38,707 nucleotides of DNA, from the NCBI GenBank assembly GCA_964236955.1, contig CAXSGP010000040.1, positions 1-38,707 of the forward strand, in the 5' to 3' direction. Made by a program: the position numbers and the translations under genes. This DNA is from an uncultured Oligoflexus sp. (GTDB lineage: Bacteria; Bdellovibrionota_B; Oligoflexia; Oligoflexales; Oligoflexaceae). Positions 18,361 to 28,974 of the stretch are shown piece after piece; positions within the stretch are counted from its first letter, which is position 1, and the number at the start of each line of letters is the position of its first letter. Below the pieces are notes generated by a model that was not told where the DNA came from, made no database searches, and worked only from the letters and a program-made list of their open reading frames with translations.

Positions 18361-19398
18361 TCAGTTCTTGATACAGATCTTGATATTGTCGACAGCACCG
18401 GTGCCCGAAAGATGAAGCATCATCTTGTTGATGTATTCATGATCATCGACGCTTAATGTTTGCAAAGCGCCGTTCGCACGGGCCGGAATAGACTGCTTTC
18501 TGGGCCTTGACACATAATCGCCATTGTCCGCTTTGATAAAAAGTTCGATTTCCGAACCTTTTGACTCAAAATCAATAAGGTCCATATTGATCACCGAGCT
18601 TGGCTTCGAAAAGAGCAATGTCAAGACACCGCCTCGGAGATTGTCGTCGGGATAGGTGACCAGGTCCAGCCCATCATCTGGAAGGGCATCGAAGCTATGT
18701 TCCGCGATGATCATGGCCTTGCCGTTTTTTTCGGTCGTTAGATCGAAGTCAAATCCCTCTCCGTTGCCATGACGCCCACGATCCGCCTCGAGAAACTTGG
18801 CTTTCATCGCCTCGTTTGGACGGTCGGCAGTGTTGAAAAGCACAGGAAGGATGGTTTTCAGACGTCCATTTTCCAGGCGTCTTTCAGCCTCAAATTCAAT
18901 ACCATAGGCCTGGTATTGATCCTTAAGCTTTTCGCCGGTCAACAAAGGTGTACCGTCAGGCTTTTTATCAAAGTCGATGACAAGGGTTTCACATGCCTGC
19001 GCAGCCTGCGCAGGGGGAGCCGTGACGGCCGGTGGTAGGACGGGATCGGCTTTGCCGGCGGTCGTGCCCACCGCTCCCGGAGGACTTGGGGCTTTTGCGC
19101 GAACTTCTGCAACTCCGGCACCACCGGGAATCCCCGGCACGCTTTGATTCGATTGACTCTGATTCGAACCAAGCTTGCCGGCATCAGCGGCACCGGCTGC
19201 AGGGGGGACGGAAGGCCCGCTTGCTGGCAAGACAGGGACTTCAGGACCGGCCGGGGTCGCGTTCGATGATTCAGCGGTAATGGCCACACCAGGAACAGCA
19301 ATAGCTGCGGGGGCGTTGCTTTTATGCGTGCCTTTTGCTTTACAGGCAACAGCGGCTAAAAGAGGCAGACAGATAATAAGTGATTTGCGAATTGTCAT
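18361..19398 (-). CDS. Lipoprotein with Pro/Ala linker and C-terminal beta-sandwich domain
   Basis: Lipobox AVAC, low-complexity linker, then PDDNLRGGVLTLLF...GAVDNI. Confidence 0.8.
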   Translation of the reverse strand: MTIRKSLIICLPLLAAVACKAKGTHKSNAPAAIAVPGVAITAESSNATPAGPEVPVLPASGPSVPPAAGAADAGKLGSNQSQSNQSVPGIPGGAGVAEVRAKAPSPPGAVGTTAGKADPVLPPAVTAPPAQAAQACETLVIDFDKKPDGTPLLTGEKLKDQYQAYGIEFEAERRLENGRLKTILPVLFNTADRPNEAMKAKFLEADRGRHGNGEGFDFDLTTEKNGKAMIIAEHSFDALPDDGLDLVTYPDDNLRGGVLTLLFSKPSSVINMDLIDFESKGSEIELFIKADNGDYVSRPRKQSIPARANGALQTLSVDDHEYINKMMLHLSGTGAVDNIKICIKN

Positions 19399-19464
19399 TA
19401 AGAACTCCGAATTGAGACAGCTTGGAAATGGAGAAAAATCCCTCGCTGGGATCCCTTTTGGTTT

Positions 19465-19486
19465 TGCAAGGTTGGGGCCGTTCCAA
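19465..19486 (-). promoter_or_regulatory. Sigma54-like -24/-12 motif with extended spacer
   Basis: TTGGAACG-N9-TTGCA about 65 bp upstream of the lipoprotein start; IHF-like AAACAATGACTTA at 19518-19530. Confidence 0.45.
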
Positions 19487-19685
19487 GCAACAGCATCCCA
19501 TTGCTCAAAAAAAGGTTTAAGTCATTGTTTTTATCAGGAATGAATAGGGGAGGTAGATGTAAGATTGATCGCTGGGGTCGATAATTGTCGAACAGCTGTC
19601 AAATATTTTTACAGGTTTGCCGAGATTGCGGTGGAAGAAAGGTCAGCCGGATCGAAATCTCCAGCTGTTACGATGCATCGCATCA

Positions 19686-20192
19686 CTAAATATCAAAGCC
19701 TATGCCGGCCTGAATTTGCGTGGTCTGAGGATCCAACATATAGTTGCCGGCGAGATAAACATGAAAAGCCGGCTTGCCTATAAAAAATCCTGCGCCTACA
19801 AATGGCCCCCCGAGATTGGCATCGGCTCCGGAATTATCGCCGACCTTCGCATAAGTGGACGCCCCAAATCCTCCCTGGATATAGGGTGCAAAGGTGCCGG
19901 TGAGAAAACGATACTTGATATTGATATCGCCTGCCGCAGCGGCTGCAACGTTATCGTCATCCTTATTCTTATCAGCTTTGTCATCATCGGCATGAATGTC
20001 ACCATCGATCCAGCCAATGCCAACTTCAAAATTCCACTGACTGCCCCAATAGAGAAAATTCACACCCACCTTCGAATATACCGGATTGTGGTAGCCTAAA
20101 TTAAGCGTCCAGTCGGCAAAGGCACTGGTCGACTTTAAAATAGTGAAAAGAGCGATAAAGCAAAACAAAAGATTACGAAGAGTAGTTTTCAC
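19686..20192 (-). CDS. Small outer-membrane beta-barrel protein
   Basis: GTG start after AGGAG; signal peptide ending AFA; PYIQGGFG strand; C-terminal AGIGFDI. Confidence 0.82.
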   Translation of the reverse strand: MKTTLRNLLFCFIALFTILKSTSAFADWTLNLGYHNPVYSKVGVNFLYWGSQWNFEVGIGWIDGDIHADDDKADKNKDDDNVAAAAAGDINIKYRFLTGTFAPYIQGGFGASTYAKVGDNSGADANLGGPFVGAGFFIGKPAFHVYLAGNYMLDPQTTQIQAGIGFDI

Positions 20193-20481
20193 GGTCTCTC
20201 CTGAAACGAAATCGGGTGAAGCACCTTAGGTCTGTCACTCATTATACAGCCAAGTGAGTCCAATCGCATGCCCAGGCAGGGATATTCCTCTTTGCAAGAG
20301 GGCAAAACCACAGCAAGCCTTTGTTATGGCTCCTTGAATCAGCCGAGTTGAATTCTTACCTTGGGAATATTTCCGTAAGCGCCAACTCAGTTGCGCATTA
20401 AATTTATTTTCTATCCCCTCCCATCGACTTTGGAATGAATCGCTCTAAAAATAGAGATTCATTGATATCTTCCAGTCCTTC

Positions 20482-20509
20482 TCCAGTTATTCCAAAAATG
20501 CACCGATTA
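20482..20509 (+). promoter_or_regulatory. Possible sigma28-type promoter
   Basis: TCCA-N16-ACCGATTA, 32 bp before the start codon. Confidence 0.4.
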
Positions 20510-20541
20510 CACTTACAACACGGCTCTATCGGGAGTGGACT

Positions 20542-21480
20542 ATGAGATTATTAATTACCTTTATGATCTTGGGAGTGAGCTGTGCCGCTCCGGTGGTCAA
20601 CCGAGTTGATTCCGGTACCACGCAAACCAATGCCAATTCCAAGGCACCGTCTCAGCTTATTACCCCAGGCTCAAGTCCAGCCCCTGCTAAGATTCCGGCA
20701 AGCGGCCCGGCAACGGCAGATTCTGAAAGTGTTTCCCCGCCAGGAAACGTCAGTGGCGCCCTGCTGACTTGCTCCGTATTGTTTCCTGCCTCGACAGCGA
20801 ACCCAACAACGGGCGTCGGCTGCCGGTTTGGAAGTGTCGATGGTGCGCGTGTCCCTCTCACTGCCGTCGCTGAAATTGCTAATTTCGATGGCGTCCCGCC
20901 GACAGGCATCAGCATGGCCATTATCCCGAATCCAAACATCGATTGGGAGGTTCTTTATAACTTTACCGCCGCAAATCCGGCTGCCAGTGAGCAAGGCGCT
21001 CAGGCGACAAAAATTATATTGAATCTTAAAAATACCAAGGATGGCCAGGCAAGTGCCAACCTTGAGGTGCAACTCAGCCAGGTAGATTATCCCCTGCTGG
21101 AGGCCTGGGCTCCGGTCTGCAAAGGCATTGACTGCGCTTACCGCGAGGTAAGTACCGGCCTCACCTGGTCGCCAAGCCAGGGCCAATCTCCCGATTGGGA
21201 CAGCGCCAAGGCTCGCTGCGATGCTCTGGTCTTCGCCGGTTTATCGGACTGGAAATTGCCGTCCCTGTTAGAATCACAGAAAGCATTGAGCGATAAGATT
21301 TCATCCCTTGCCAATCCGATCCGTCTGAATCTGCAACTTGGGACACGATATTGGACAGAGACTCTCACCGCTCAAGGGAGTTTAGATGCGTATACTCTTG
21401 ATTGGTTTCTTCCCGATCTGAAGAGTGTCCTCGCTCTGCCCATCTCAAGTGGGAATCAAGACGTAATTTGTGTCCAGTAA
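20542..21480 (+). CDS. Lipoprotein with C-terminal DUF1566 (Lcl/C-type-lectin-like) domain
   Basis: Lipobox GVSC; TGLTWS...WDSAKARC...GLSDWKLPSLLE...YWT...VICV. Confidence 0.85.
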   Translation: MRLLITFMILGVSCAAPVVNRVDSGTTQTNANSKAPSQLITPGSSPAPAKIPASGPATADSESVSPPGNVSGALLTCSVLFPASTANPTTGVGCRFGSVDGARVPLTAVAEIANFDGVPPTGISMAIIPNPNIDWEVLYNFTAANPAASEQGAQATKIILNLKNTKDGQASANLEVQLSQVDYPLLEAWAPVCKGIDCAYREVSTGLTWSPSQGQSPDWDSAKARCDALVFAGLSDWKLPSLLESQKALSDKISSLANPIRLNLQLGTRYWTETLTAQGSLDAYTLDWFLPDLKSVLALPISSGNQDVICVQ

Positions 21481-21855
21481 GGTCTGTCATTTATCCAAAA
21501 AAAAACAGCTCTAGGCCAGGTTTATGGATCGAATCGACCTGCAATAGCAATCTTGGCACTATGGCGGTTGAAGGCCTTTGCCTTGCCTTAGCCATCAGCT
21601 TATCCTTCGCCTTGATCTTGATCATCGCCTTGGAGGCCTTGCCCTTGGACATTTTACCTCAGCTCAGTCACGTATGAAAAGGTAGCCGGACAATACCCTA
21701 TTTTTTTCATCCAGAGGCGCAGAAATTCGCTTAGCTTCGGCGTCCGTTACATCGCTCGTTTCGCGGAGCTTGAGTGCCTCGGGTAACGGCAACGAACAGT
21801 AGGACAATTATAAAATTTTTTTCATAGCACTTCCTTAACTAAGCCACGGACCCCC

Positions 21856-24800
21856 TCATTTTTTCGTGAAATCATGAATCAGCTGCAGCAGATTGTGCCG
21901 ATCGACAGGCTTGGACAGGTAGCCATTAAAACCTGCTTTCATACACTTGTCCTTCTCCTCCTTCATAGCGTGAGCGGTCAGAGCGACTATTGGATTAGGG
22001 AAATTGTTCTCTCTGAGGACGCCAAGCGCCTGATACCCATCCATGATTGGCATTTGAATATCCATGAGGATAAGGTCAAAAGTCTCCGTCAACGCCTTTT
22101 CTACAGCAATCTGGCCATTTTCTGCAGTATCCGACGAGGCTCCACTTAATTTTAGGAAGCGGCTGACTATGGCTCTGTTATCGGGAGAATCATCAACAAT
22201 TAATACTTTGAGATGAGCAGGCAATTTTAAATACTTTGAGGGCTCAGCGCTAACAGCCAGGGACGCCCTGGATTCGACTCCGACTGAAGATTCCCCGATA
22301 TCGATGATCACGATAAAGGTGCTGCCTTTTCCTGGTTCTGACTTTTCGAGAATGAGGTCACCACCGAGCACCTTGGCCAGGCGTTTTGAAAGCGCCAGCC
22401 CTAGTCCGGTTCCTCCAAAACGCCGGGTCACCGAGTTATCCGCCTGCATAAAGGGTTCAAATATCCGCGCCTGCTGATCCTTGTTCAGGCCAATTCCAGT
22501 ATCGGTCACTCTCACTTCGATAGTCCGGCCCATTCCCTTTGCATTCACAGTCAAGGAAATGGTGACCGCGCCCTGATCTGTAAACTTTATGGCATTGCCT
22601 ATGATGTTGATCAAAATTTGCCGAAAGCGATTGGGATCGGTCACGACATGAGAGGGAACCGGCGTCTGCCACTCCTTCTCAAAGGCCAGGTCCTTATCCT
22701 TTGCGATCATGCTCATGCTCTTGAAAACGTCCTCAAGCAAGCCCTCAAGGTCAATGGTAACCCGCTCGGCCTCCAGGCGATCGGCTTCAATCTTCGACAG
22801 ATCAAGAATCTCATCGATCAGACTGCCGAGTTGCAGGGCGTTCGTGGATATCCTTTCGATATAACCCTTAGTATCGTCCTTATCGTCGAGATGCTCCCGA
22901 AGCAGATCGGTAAAACCGATGATCACGCCCAATGGCGTGCGAATTTCGTGGCTCATATTGGCAAGAAAGCGACTTTTGATCTGGTTGGCGCTCTCCGCAT
23001 TTTGCTTGGCAGCCCTCAGCTCTTCCGCCAATAATTTTACATCGTGAATATCGGTGTTGGTGCCAAACCATTTAACAATGCGGTTATTGACATCCGTAAT
23101 CGGAACCGCTCGTCCCAAATGCCAGCGATACGTCAGGTCGCTGCCGCATTTGATCCTATATTCGATTTCATAGGGTAGACCTGTCGTTATCGATTCCGTC
23201 CAACGATTGACACTCATCTGCAGGTCAGCCTCGTGGAGCACGGGACCCCAGTTCCAGCCTTTGGATTCCTCAAAAGTCAATCCCGTGTACTCAAACCACC
23301 TTTGGTTGAAATAGTCGAAATTCCCTGAATCATCGGCCGTGAAAACGATCTGAGGCATGGCGTCGGCAAGCAGCCGAAAGCGGGATTCGCTATCCTCAAG
23401 ATCGGATTTGCTTTCAATCAGTCTCTGGCGGGCCAATACCCGGTCGGTGACGTCCGTTGCGTGAACATAGATTCCATAGGGCTGTCCCTCCGCATCCACA
23501 ATGCGTTGAAATGCGAAGTCGAGAAAATACTCACGCGTGAGTTTACCCTCCCAGTCAGGAAAAACGACCCTGGCCTCGCGGTCAAAGTACGGAACCCCCG
23601 TGGAATATACCTTTGACATCAGATCGACGAAAAGATCATTTTGCCCTTCGGGTAAGGTCTTGGCAATTTCAGTGCCGAAGGCAACGTGCTCGCCGACCAG
23701 TTGCCTATACATCGAGTTGGCTTTTTCCAATGCAAATCGGGGACCTCGAAGGAGAGCCATAGCAGAAGGGGCTTCCGCAAATAAGGCTTCGAATTTTTGG
23801 CCTTCGATCTCGACTTGATGTCGGGCGGCCAACCGTTCCTGTTCGGTATTGACCTGGCGCTGAATGTCAGACCAGGTGCCGTAGTATTTGACGAGAATGC
23901 CATTTGCGCTGAAATAAGGATTGCCCTCGGCCTTCACCCAGTGCTCTTTGCCCTCGCGCATGATACGAAAGTCGATATCCACCTTGGTCTGCGCGGCCCG
24001 CGCCTTGGCCCATTCCTGCTCAACCATTTTCCTGTCGTCTTCATGCACCAGATCGAGCCATTGCCAGCCCAGGACCTCTGTACTCGGTTTCCCAACGAAC
24101 GCATCGAAACTTTCACTGCAATAGTCAACCTCGCCATCGGCATTGGCTCGCCAGATGAATTGAGGAATGGCCTCGACGATCGTGCGAAGACCTTCGCCAC
24201 TCTCTTTAAGCAGATCGACTTCGGCCTTTTGCATTTCGATGTCAGTGCAGGTTCCGAACCATTGCAAAATCTTGCCCGAGCGATCCCGAAGGGCCACGCC
24301 CCGGCCCAGATACCATAGATATTCACCATCTTGCCGTCGCAGGCGGAACTCACCCTGAAACTCTTCGCCGCTATCGAGTGAATATTGCCATTCACTCTTG
24401 AGGAAGTCCTTGTCGTCAGGATGAATAAACTCGCCCGGTCCATCCTGAGCCGCGCTGGACTGCGATTGTCCGGTATATTCAAACCAGCGGCTGTTAAAAA
24501 AGATCAGCTTTCCTTCAGGCGTGCCTATCCAGGTTATGCAGGGGACAATGTTCGCCAAAGTTTGAAAGCGCCCTTCGCTCTGTCTCAGTTCACTGATATC
24601 GATAAAGGTAACGACCAGCCCATCGTGGTGACCCTCATGAGTCTTATAGGGCAAAACCCGCCGCAAAAAGGTTCGACCGTCCGGCATCGAGATTTCAACC
24701 TCGGATAGACCGGACTGCGCGAGTTCATCCCGCGCTGGAAAAGGCGGCATGGCCTGGGCCTTGGTCATGAAATCGCCGATGCTCCGGCCTATGTCCGATA

Positions 24801-27042
24801 TCAGGATCGGATAAAACTGGGAGAGATCCTTGGTGAAATTTTTGATGTGGAGCTGATCATCGAGAAAAAGGGTGGCAATCTCTGTGCCGGTGAGGAGATT
24901 CTCAAGGTCGCTATTCGACCGGATCAAGGCATCATTGGCAGCCTGCACATCTTCCTTTGAAGTCTCAAGCTCCTCGTTGGCCGCCTGAAGTTCCTCATTC
25001 ATCGAGAGGAGTTCTTCGTTCGAGGATTTCAATTCCTCATTCGAGGCCTCCAGATCCTGCACCGTCTTATCGAGATCGTCGCGCATCATGGTGAGCTCAC
25101 GTTCGAGCTGCTCAACAGCGGCAAACGAAGCTCCTGTTGAATCGGCGCCTTTAGCGATGACGTCGGTGTTAAGGATGCGGCCGAAGTACTGAAAGACGAC
25201 CAAATAGAGGCTGATGCCCTCGCCCAGTTGCGGCATGGGCTGAACGGTCAAACCCAGCCTTTGGAATTCGCCTTCGATTTCCACATTGCAATTTTCGTTG
25301 GTGACTTTGCGTTTATGTTTTTTCGCCGTTGTGAACGCCGATCGAAGCGCTGTCCTGATGCTGGGTTTAACCTGTTTCAGGATGTTGTTTTGAAAATTTC
25401 CCTCGGATGGCGCGAAATAATGATGGACACCTGACGAAACGGTGTGGATCATCCCTTCATCATTGACGATTGCATATTTTGGTGAGAATTCATCGAGCAC
25501 AATGCGTTGGCCTACCAGCGTTAGATCAACCTCCTGCCCATGCATGGGCTCATGGGCCTTCGATGTCTGATAGCTGCCGACCGAATTGAGATTGACCTGC
25601 GATTTGATGGCCGTGGTTCGACTCTGGGCAATTCTGAATTTGGCGCTGACCGTCCGGAAGAGTTCCTGATGTCCGGTGAGGGATTCGCTAGTCCCCAAAA
25701 ACAGATGGCCATTGGCTCGCAAGGCATAGTGAAAAACGGGAATGAGTTTTTGCTGCAGATGGGGACCGAGATAAATAAGGACGTTCCGACAGGTTAGTAG
25801 GTCGAGCTGGGAGAAGGGTGGATCGTTGATAAGATTGTGCGAGGTAAAAAGGCACATATCGCGCAGCTCGGGCGTGACAATGTAGCGTCCGCCTTTGCGC
25901 GTAAAAAATTTCCTCAAGCGCTCTTCCGACACTTCCTCGACGATCGAAGCCGAGTAGGATCCCCGCCGCGCCGTATTGAGAGCGACTTCGTCGATATCCG
26001 TCGCAATAATTTGAACGACCGGTTTTACCTTGAGCGTCTCGATAATCTCCCGAATTATAATAGCTACGGTGTAAGCCTCCTCGCCGGTCGAGCAACCGGC
26101 TATCCATACTCTATACTTCTGCGGGTGAGAATGTTTGGCCAAGGCATTTTGTAAAACCGAAGCGCGCAGCTCATCAAACGCGGCGGGATCACGGAAAAAA
26201 CTTGTGACGTTTATCAAAAGCTCCTTAAAGAGAGCATCGATCTCTTCACTTTTGTCCTGCAGGCGCTCGACATAGGCTTCGACGGAACGCAGTTGCAGGA
26301 TCTGCATCCGACGTTGGATCCGACGGACCAGGGTGTTGGTTTTATAGTGCTTAAAATCATGGCCCGTGGCTTTATTAAGTATATCGCAGATACTGACCAG
26401 CGCCGATGCAATCTGGTCTCTCAGGTGCGATATATGGGTTTGATCCAAGAGCCGAAGGATATATTTTTCGTAACTGGCGATTTCGTCGGCCATGCCGTTG
26501 ATCGTGAGGATGTGATCGACTGCACCGGAGCGTATGGCAGTCTCGGGCATGCTCGGATATTCAGCGGTGTCGGGTGACTGGGCTATCGTCATTCCGCCGG
26601 CATCACCTATCGCCTTAAGGCCTTCCGTGCCATCGGAACCTTCACCTGAAAACACAATGCCAATGCTCTTCTGCTTGAAGTCTTCAGCAAGAGATCCGAA
26701 AAAATAATCGATGGCCGAACGACGCTGGTCAAGACCTTCTGCCGGCTGCACGCTAAAGATCCCGGCTTCCAGTGTCACCAGCGCATGCAGGGGTGCAAAG
26801 TAGATGGCTCCCGCCTGTATAGCTATGCCATTGGAGATTTCGACTATAGGCAGCAGACTATCCCTAAGAGGCGGCACTGAATCAGCCGCATCGAGATGGT
26901 GGACCACGACAAAAGCCAGTCGATGCCCCTGCAGACGCGAAAAGAATTCACTCAGCGCTATGACTCCACCAGAGGAAACACCAATTCCGACGATGCAGCT
27001 GACAGGCAGAGAAGACGACTCAGGCGGATGAGATTGTGTCAT
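21856..27042 (-). CDS. CheB/CheR fusion, multi-PAS hybrid histidine kinase-response regulator
   Basis: Che[15 protein letters not shown]; Che[30 protein letters not shown] coiled coil; several PAS domains; His[10 protein letters not shown]; HATPase GTGLGL; REC LMDIQMP. Confidence 0.95.
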   Translation of the reverse strand: MTQSHPPESSSLPVSCIVGIGVSSGGVIALSEFFSRLQGHRLAFVVVHHLDAADSVPPLRDSLLPIVEISNGIAIQAGAIYFAPLHALVTLEAGIFSVQPAEGLDQRRSAIDYFFGSLAEDFKQKSIGIVFSGEGSDGTEGLKAIGDAGGMTIAQSPDTAEYPSMPETAIRSGAVDHILTINGMADEIASYEKYILRLLDQTHISHLRDQIASALVSICDILNKATGHDFKHYKTNTLVRRIQRRMQILQLRSVEAYVERLQDKSEEIDALFKELLINVTSFFRDPAAFDELRASVLQNALAKHSHPQKYRVWIAGCSTGEEAYTVAIIIREIIETLKVKPVVQIIATDIDEVALNTARRGSYSASIVEEVSEERLRKFFTRKGGRYIVTPELRDMCLFTSHNLINDPPFSQLDLLTCRNVLIYLGPHLQQKLIPVFHYALRANGHLFLGTSESLTGHQELFRTVSAKFRIAQSRTTAIKSQVNLNSVGSYQTSKAHEPMHGQEVDLTLVGQRIVLDEFSPKYAIVNDEGMIHTVSSGVHHYFAPSEGNFQNNILKQVKPSIRTALRSAFTTAKKHKRKVTNENCNVEIEGEFQRLGLTVQPMPQLGEGISLYLVVFQYFGRILNTDVIAKGADSTGASFAAVEQLERELTMMRDDLDKTVQDLEASNEELKSSNEELLSMNEELQAANEELETSKEDVQAANDALIRSNSDLENLLTGTEIATLFLDDQLHIKNFTKDLSQFYPILISDIGRSIGDFMTKAQAMPPFPARDELAQSGLSEVEISMPDGRTFLRRVLPYKTHEGHHDGLVVTFIDISELRQSEGRFQTLANIVPCITWIGTPEGKLIFFNSRWFEYTGQSQSSAAQDGPGEFIHPDDKDFLKSEWQYSLDSGEEFQGEFRLRRQDGEYLWYLGRGVALRDRSGKILQWFGTCTDIEMQKAEVDLLKESGEGLRTIVEAIPQFIWRANADGEVDYCSESFDAFVGKPSTEVLGWQWLDLVHEDDRKMVEQEWAKARAAQTKVDIDFRIMREGKEHWVKAEGNPYFSANGILVKYYGTWSDIQRQVNTEQERLAARHQVEIEGQKFEALFAEAPSAMALLRGPRFALEKANSMYRQLVGEHVAFGTEIAKTLPEGQNDLFVDLMSKVYSTGVPYFDREARVVFPDWEGKLTREYFLDFAFQRIVDAEGQPYGIYVHATDVTDRVLARQRLIESKSDLEDSESRFRLLADAMPQIVFTADDSGNFDYFNQRWFEYTGLTFEESKGWNWGPVLHEADLQMSVNRWTESITTGLPYEIEYRIKCGSDLTYRWHLGRAVPITDVNNRIVKWFGTNTDIHDVKLLAEELRAAKQNAESANQIKSRFLANMSHEIRTPLGVIIGFTDLLREHLDDKDDTKGYIERISTNALQLGSLIDEILDLSKIEADRLEAERVTIDLEGLLEDVFKSMSMIAKDKDLAFEKEWQTPVPSHVVTDPNRFRQILINIIGNAIKFTDQGAVTISLTVNAKGMGRTIEVRVTDTGIGLNKDQQARIFEPFMQADNSVTRRFGGTGLGLALSKRLAKVLGGDLILEKSEPGKGSTFIVIIDIGESSVGVESRASLAVSAEPSKYLKLPAHLKVLIVDDSPDNRAIVSRFLKLSGASSDTAENGQIAVEKALTETFDLILMDIQMPIMDGYQALGVLRENNFPNPIVALTAHAMKEEKDKCMKAGFNGYLSKPVDRHNLLQLIHDFTKK

Positions 27043-27425
27043 TGATTCGAGATCCCTTGTATTGACCCGGACCCGGATGCGTCCAAAATACGCAAAGCAA
27101 GAGTAAAGGCGGGCACCCTAATACTTTAGGCCCTTAGCCGCATGATTCAAGATAATTATTACAAAGAGGATAGGCGGGATAGTAAATTTATAAGCAGCGT
27201 CTAATAAGACTCAGAAAATAGCGGCAAGTCAAGGCCAGGAGCATAGGATTGTAAAAGAACGGGTCAGGACTTTTTGGAAACTGTGAACGTGGAATTACAA
27301 GGGGAAGATCAAACCCGGCCTTGTTTCTGACTTTTGCAAAGTCCTCGGGTCGATGCATGGTCGATTGAGGTTTTTGCTGACATGATGTTAGGATAGCTTA
27401 TAAACACAACCTAAAGGAGTCCCTG

Positions 27426-27614
27426 ATGGCAAAGAATCCGACAGCCAAGGCCGATGCAAAAGCCAAAAAGCCTTATCGCCTGATCAAGAAGAAGTCGGGC
27501 CGGTACGCTGTTATGCAAAAAGGCAAGCAGGTAAATGGCGCTGAAAAAGTAGCAATTCTCACAGCTGAAGGTCTTATCAAAGCCTTAAAGCCTAAGGCTA
27601 AAGCCGCGGAATAA
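27426..27614 (+). CDS. Small basic conserved-type hypothetical protein
   Basis: AAGGAG SD; Lys/Ala-rich 62 aa with KKSGRYAV...NGAEKVAIL core. Confidence 0.8.
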   Translation: MAKNPTAKADAKAKKPYRLIKKKSGRYAVMQKGKQVNGAEKVAILTAEGLIKALKPKAKAAE

Positions 27615-27627
27615 AGCTTTCGTTTGA

Positions 27628-27663
27628 CTCTGGCCGGAGCATCGTCTGGGCCAGAGGCTCTTT
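27628..27663 (+). terminator. Possible terminator hairpin
   Basis: CTCTGGCC...GGCCAGAG followed by GCTCTTT. Confidence 0.45.
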
Positions 27664-27735
27664 CCCGGCAACAGCCAGTTCACTCGCTTCGACTCAAGCG
27701 GCCCGTAATTCGACGACTCCAGCCTTAAAAAAGCG

Positions 27736-27756
27736 TGGAACGAGCGCAGCATTGCA
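27736..27756 (+). promoter_or_regulatory. Sigma54-like motif with extended spacer
   Basis: TGGAACG-N9-TTGCA, with the same boxes and spacing as 19465-19486. Confidence 0.45.
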
Positions 27757-27765
27757 ATTTTTAAA

Positions 27766-27847
27766 GAGAACAGGGTGCGAGGCGAACCGCTAAGGCTCTC
27801 CAGCTTTATAAACTGCAGAGCATGACGGCGGAATCTGCGAGGTTCTC
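27766..27847 (+). ncRNA. Candidate structured small RNA
   Basis: Nested pairings GAGAAC/GTTCTC, CCGC/GCGG, GCTCT/AGAGC and CAG/CTG. Begins about 10 nt after the -12-like box; no downstream + strand gene. Confidence 0.3.
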
Positions 27848-28115
27848 AGTGAAGGTAACTGGTCTTTACCGAGGTATTCCAGCCTTTTTTCACTTTTGTA
27901 GCAAAGGATTCTTCAAATTCAATCTCTTGAACTTGAGGTGACACTTCAGGAAAATCGTATCGACTGGACGACTCGGCCTTCCAAGTCAGTCGTCCATCAT
28001 GCCCCGTAATGCACCGAAAGACTTTGCCCGTGTCCTGGATGAGGACAAAGAGCCCTTCTTCGAGTTCTACATCTGTAAGATTCGCTTCACAGGAAATGGT
28101 CATTTTGATGGACAT
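27846..28115 (-). CDS. Hypothetical protein
   Basis: ATG 28115 after AAGGAGG; 89 aa; GCCGATAA motif at 28153-28160 upstream. Confidence 0.75.
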   Translation of the reverse strand: MSIKMTISCEANLTDVELEEGLFVLIQDTGKVFRCITGHDGRLTWKAESSSRYDFPEVSPQVQEIEFEESFATKVKKGWNTSVKTSYLH

Positions 28116-28454
28116 AAAGACCTCCTTCATCACAATCGCTGTTAGTACTAGCTTATCGGCTAATTCCTTCCAGGAAACTGAGCATTTATGTTCTAGATCT
28201 TTATGACATAATCAAAAAAATGCATTATTCTCACCGTCAAGCCCGCCCGCCATAAAAAATTGGGAATGGCGGCGGGGTGTTAGCTCCCCAAAAGATTCTA
28301 AAGCAAAACAAGAAATAAAGTCTACGATTTGGTTATGGTTAGTTATTTTTCTTTTTTTATGGGCTGATAAACGAGGAAGAGCAATCGAGGGCTACAGAGG
28401 GAGGAGTGAGTTCTAAAACATATAAGGCGAGTTTGAGAAGACAGCGAGCCCTTG

Positions 28455-28476
28455 CGCGAAAGTCGAAACTTTCGCG
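28455..28476 (-). terminator. Stable hairpin downstream of the lipoprotein gene
   Basis: Minus strand CGCGAAAGT-TTCG-ACTTTCGCG, without a clear U tail. Confidence 0.4.
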
Positions 28477-28500
28477 AGAAGATGAAAATTCTACCAACGA

Positions 28501-28974
28501 TTAACGACTTACATCCTTTGCCGTGTCCTCATCTTTAAGGCGGGACTTTGCCGTTGGTGGGCAGGTGTTATTCTTCGGAACTGTCTTTCCTTTATAATCA
28601 TTGGCTGTCGCATCCAAACAATTTGCGCTATCAACGGCTGCATTGGTAGCGGCTTCATTGGCCCTTTGATTATCCACTGAAGTGGGCACATTGGAGGGCG
28701 AGGCTGGATTCATATTGACCCCACCCACAACTGCGGCTCCCTGCTGGGTATTGAGAGTGGAATCGGGCGAGCTACGATTGGAATTAGGGTTGGACGTTAC
28801 CGGAGTGCCTCCTGCCGAATCACCGGGACCCATAGGGCTTGGTTGGGCGGATAGATCGGAACGCGCATCGGTGTTGGTGGAATTAACATCTGCCTGCTGC
28901 GAGTCCTGTTTATGACAGCCGGTGGTCATAACACTGAAGAGTGCCAGGGAAAAACTAAGGAAAGATCGTTTCAT
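28501..28974 (-). CDS. Low-complexity lipoprotein
   Basis: ATG 28974 after GAGG; MKRSFLSFSLALFSVMTTGC lipobox; Ser/Asn/Pro-rich. Confidence 0.78.
   Translation of the reverse strand: MKRSFLSFSLALFSVMTTGCHKQDSQQADVNSTNTDARSDLSAQPSPMGPGDSAGGTPVTSNPNSNRSSPDSTLNTQQGAAVVGGVNMNPASPSNVPTSVDNQRANEAATNAAVDSANCLDATANDYKGKTVPKNNTCPPTAKSRLKDEDTAKDVSR

Noticed and set aside
20542..21700. DUF1566 protein as a diversity-generating retroelement target
   Set aside because: No template repeat, reverse transcriptase or avd gene is visible in the window; a remote DGR cannot be excluded.
27766..27847. Complete c-di-GMP-I riboswitch
   Set aside because: It lacks the GGCAAA/GNRA-capped first stem and has no downstream sense gene; kept only as an sRNA candidate.
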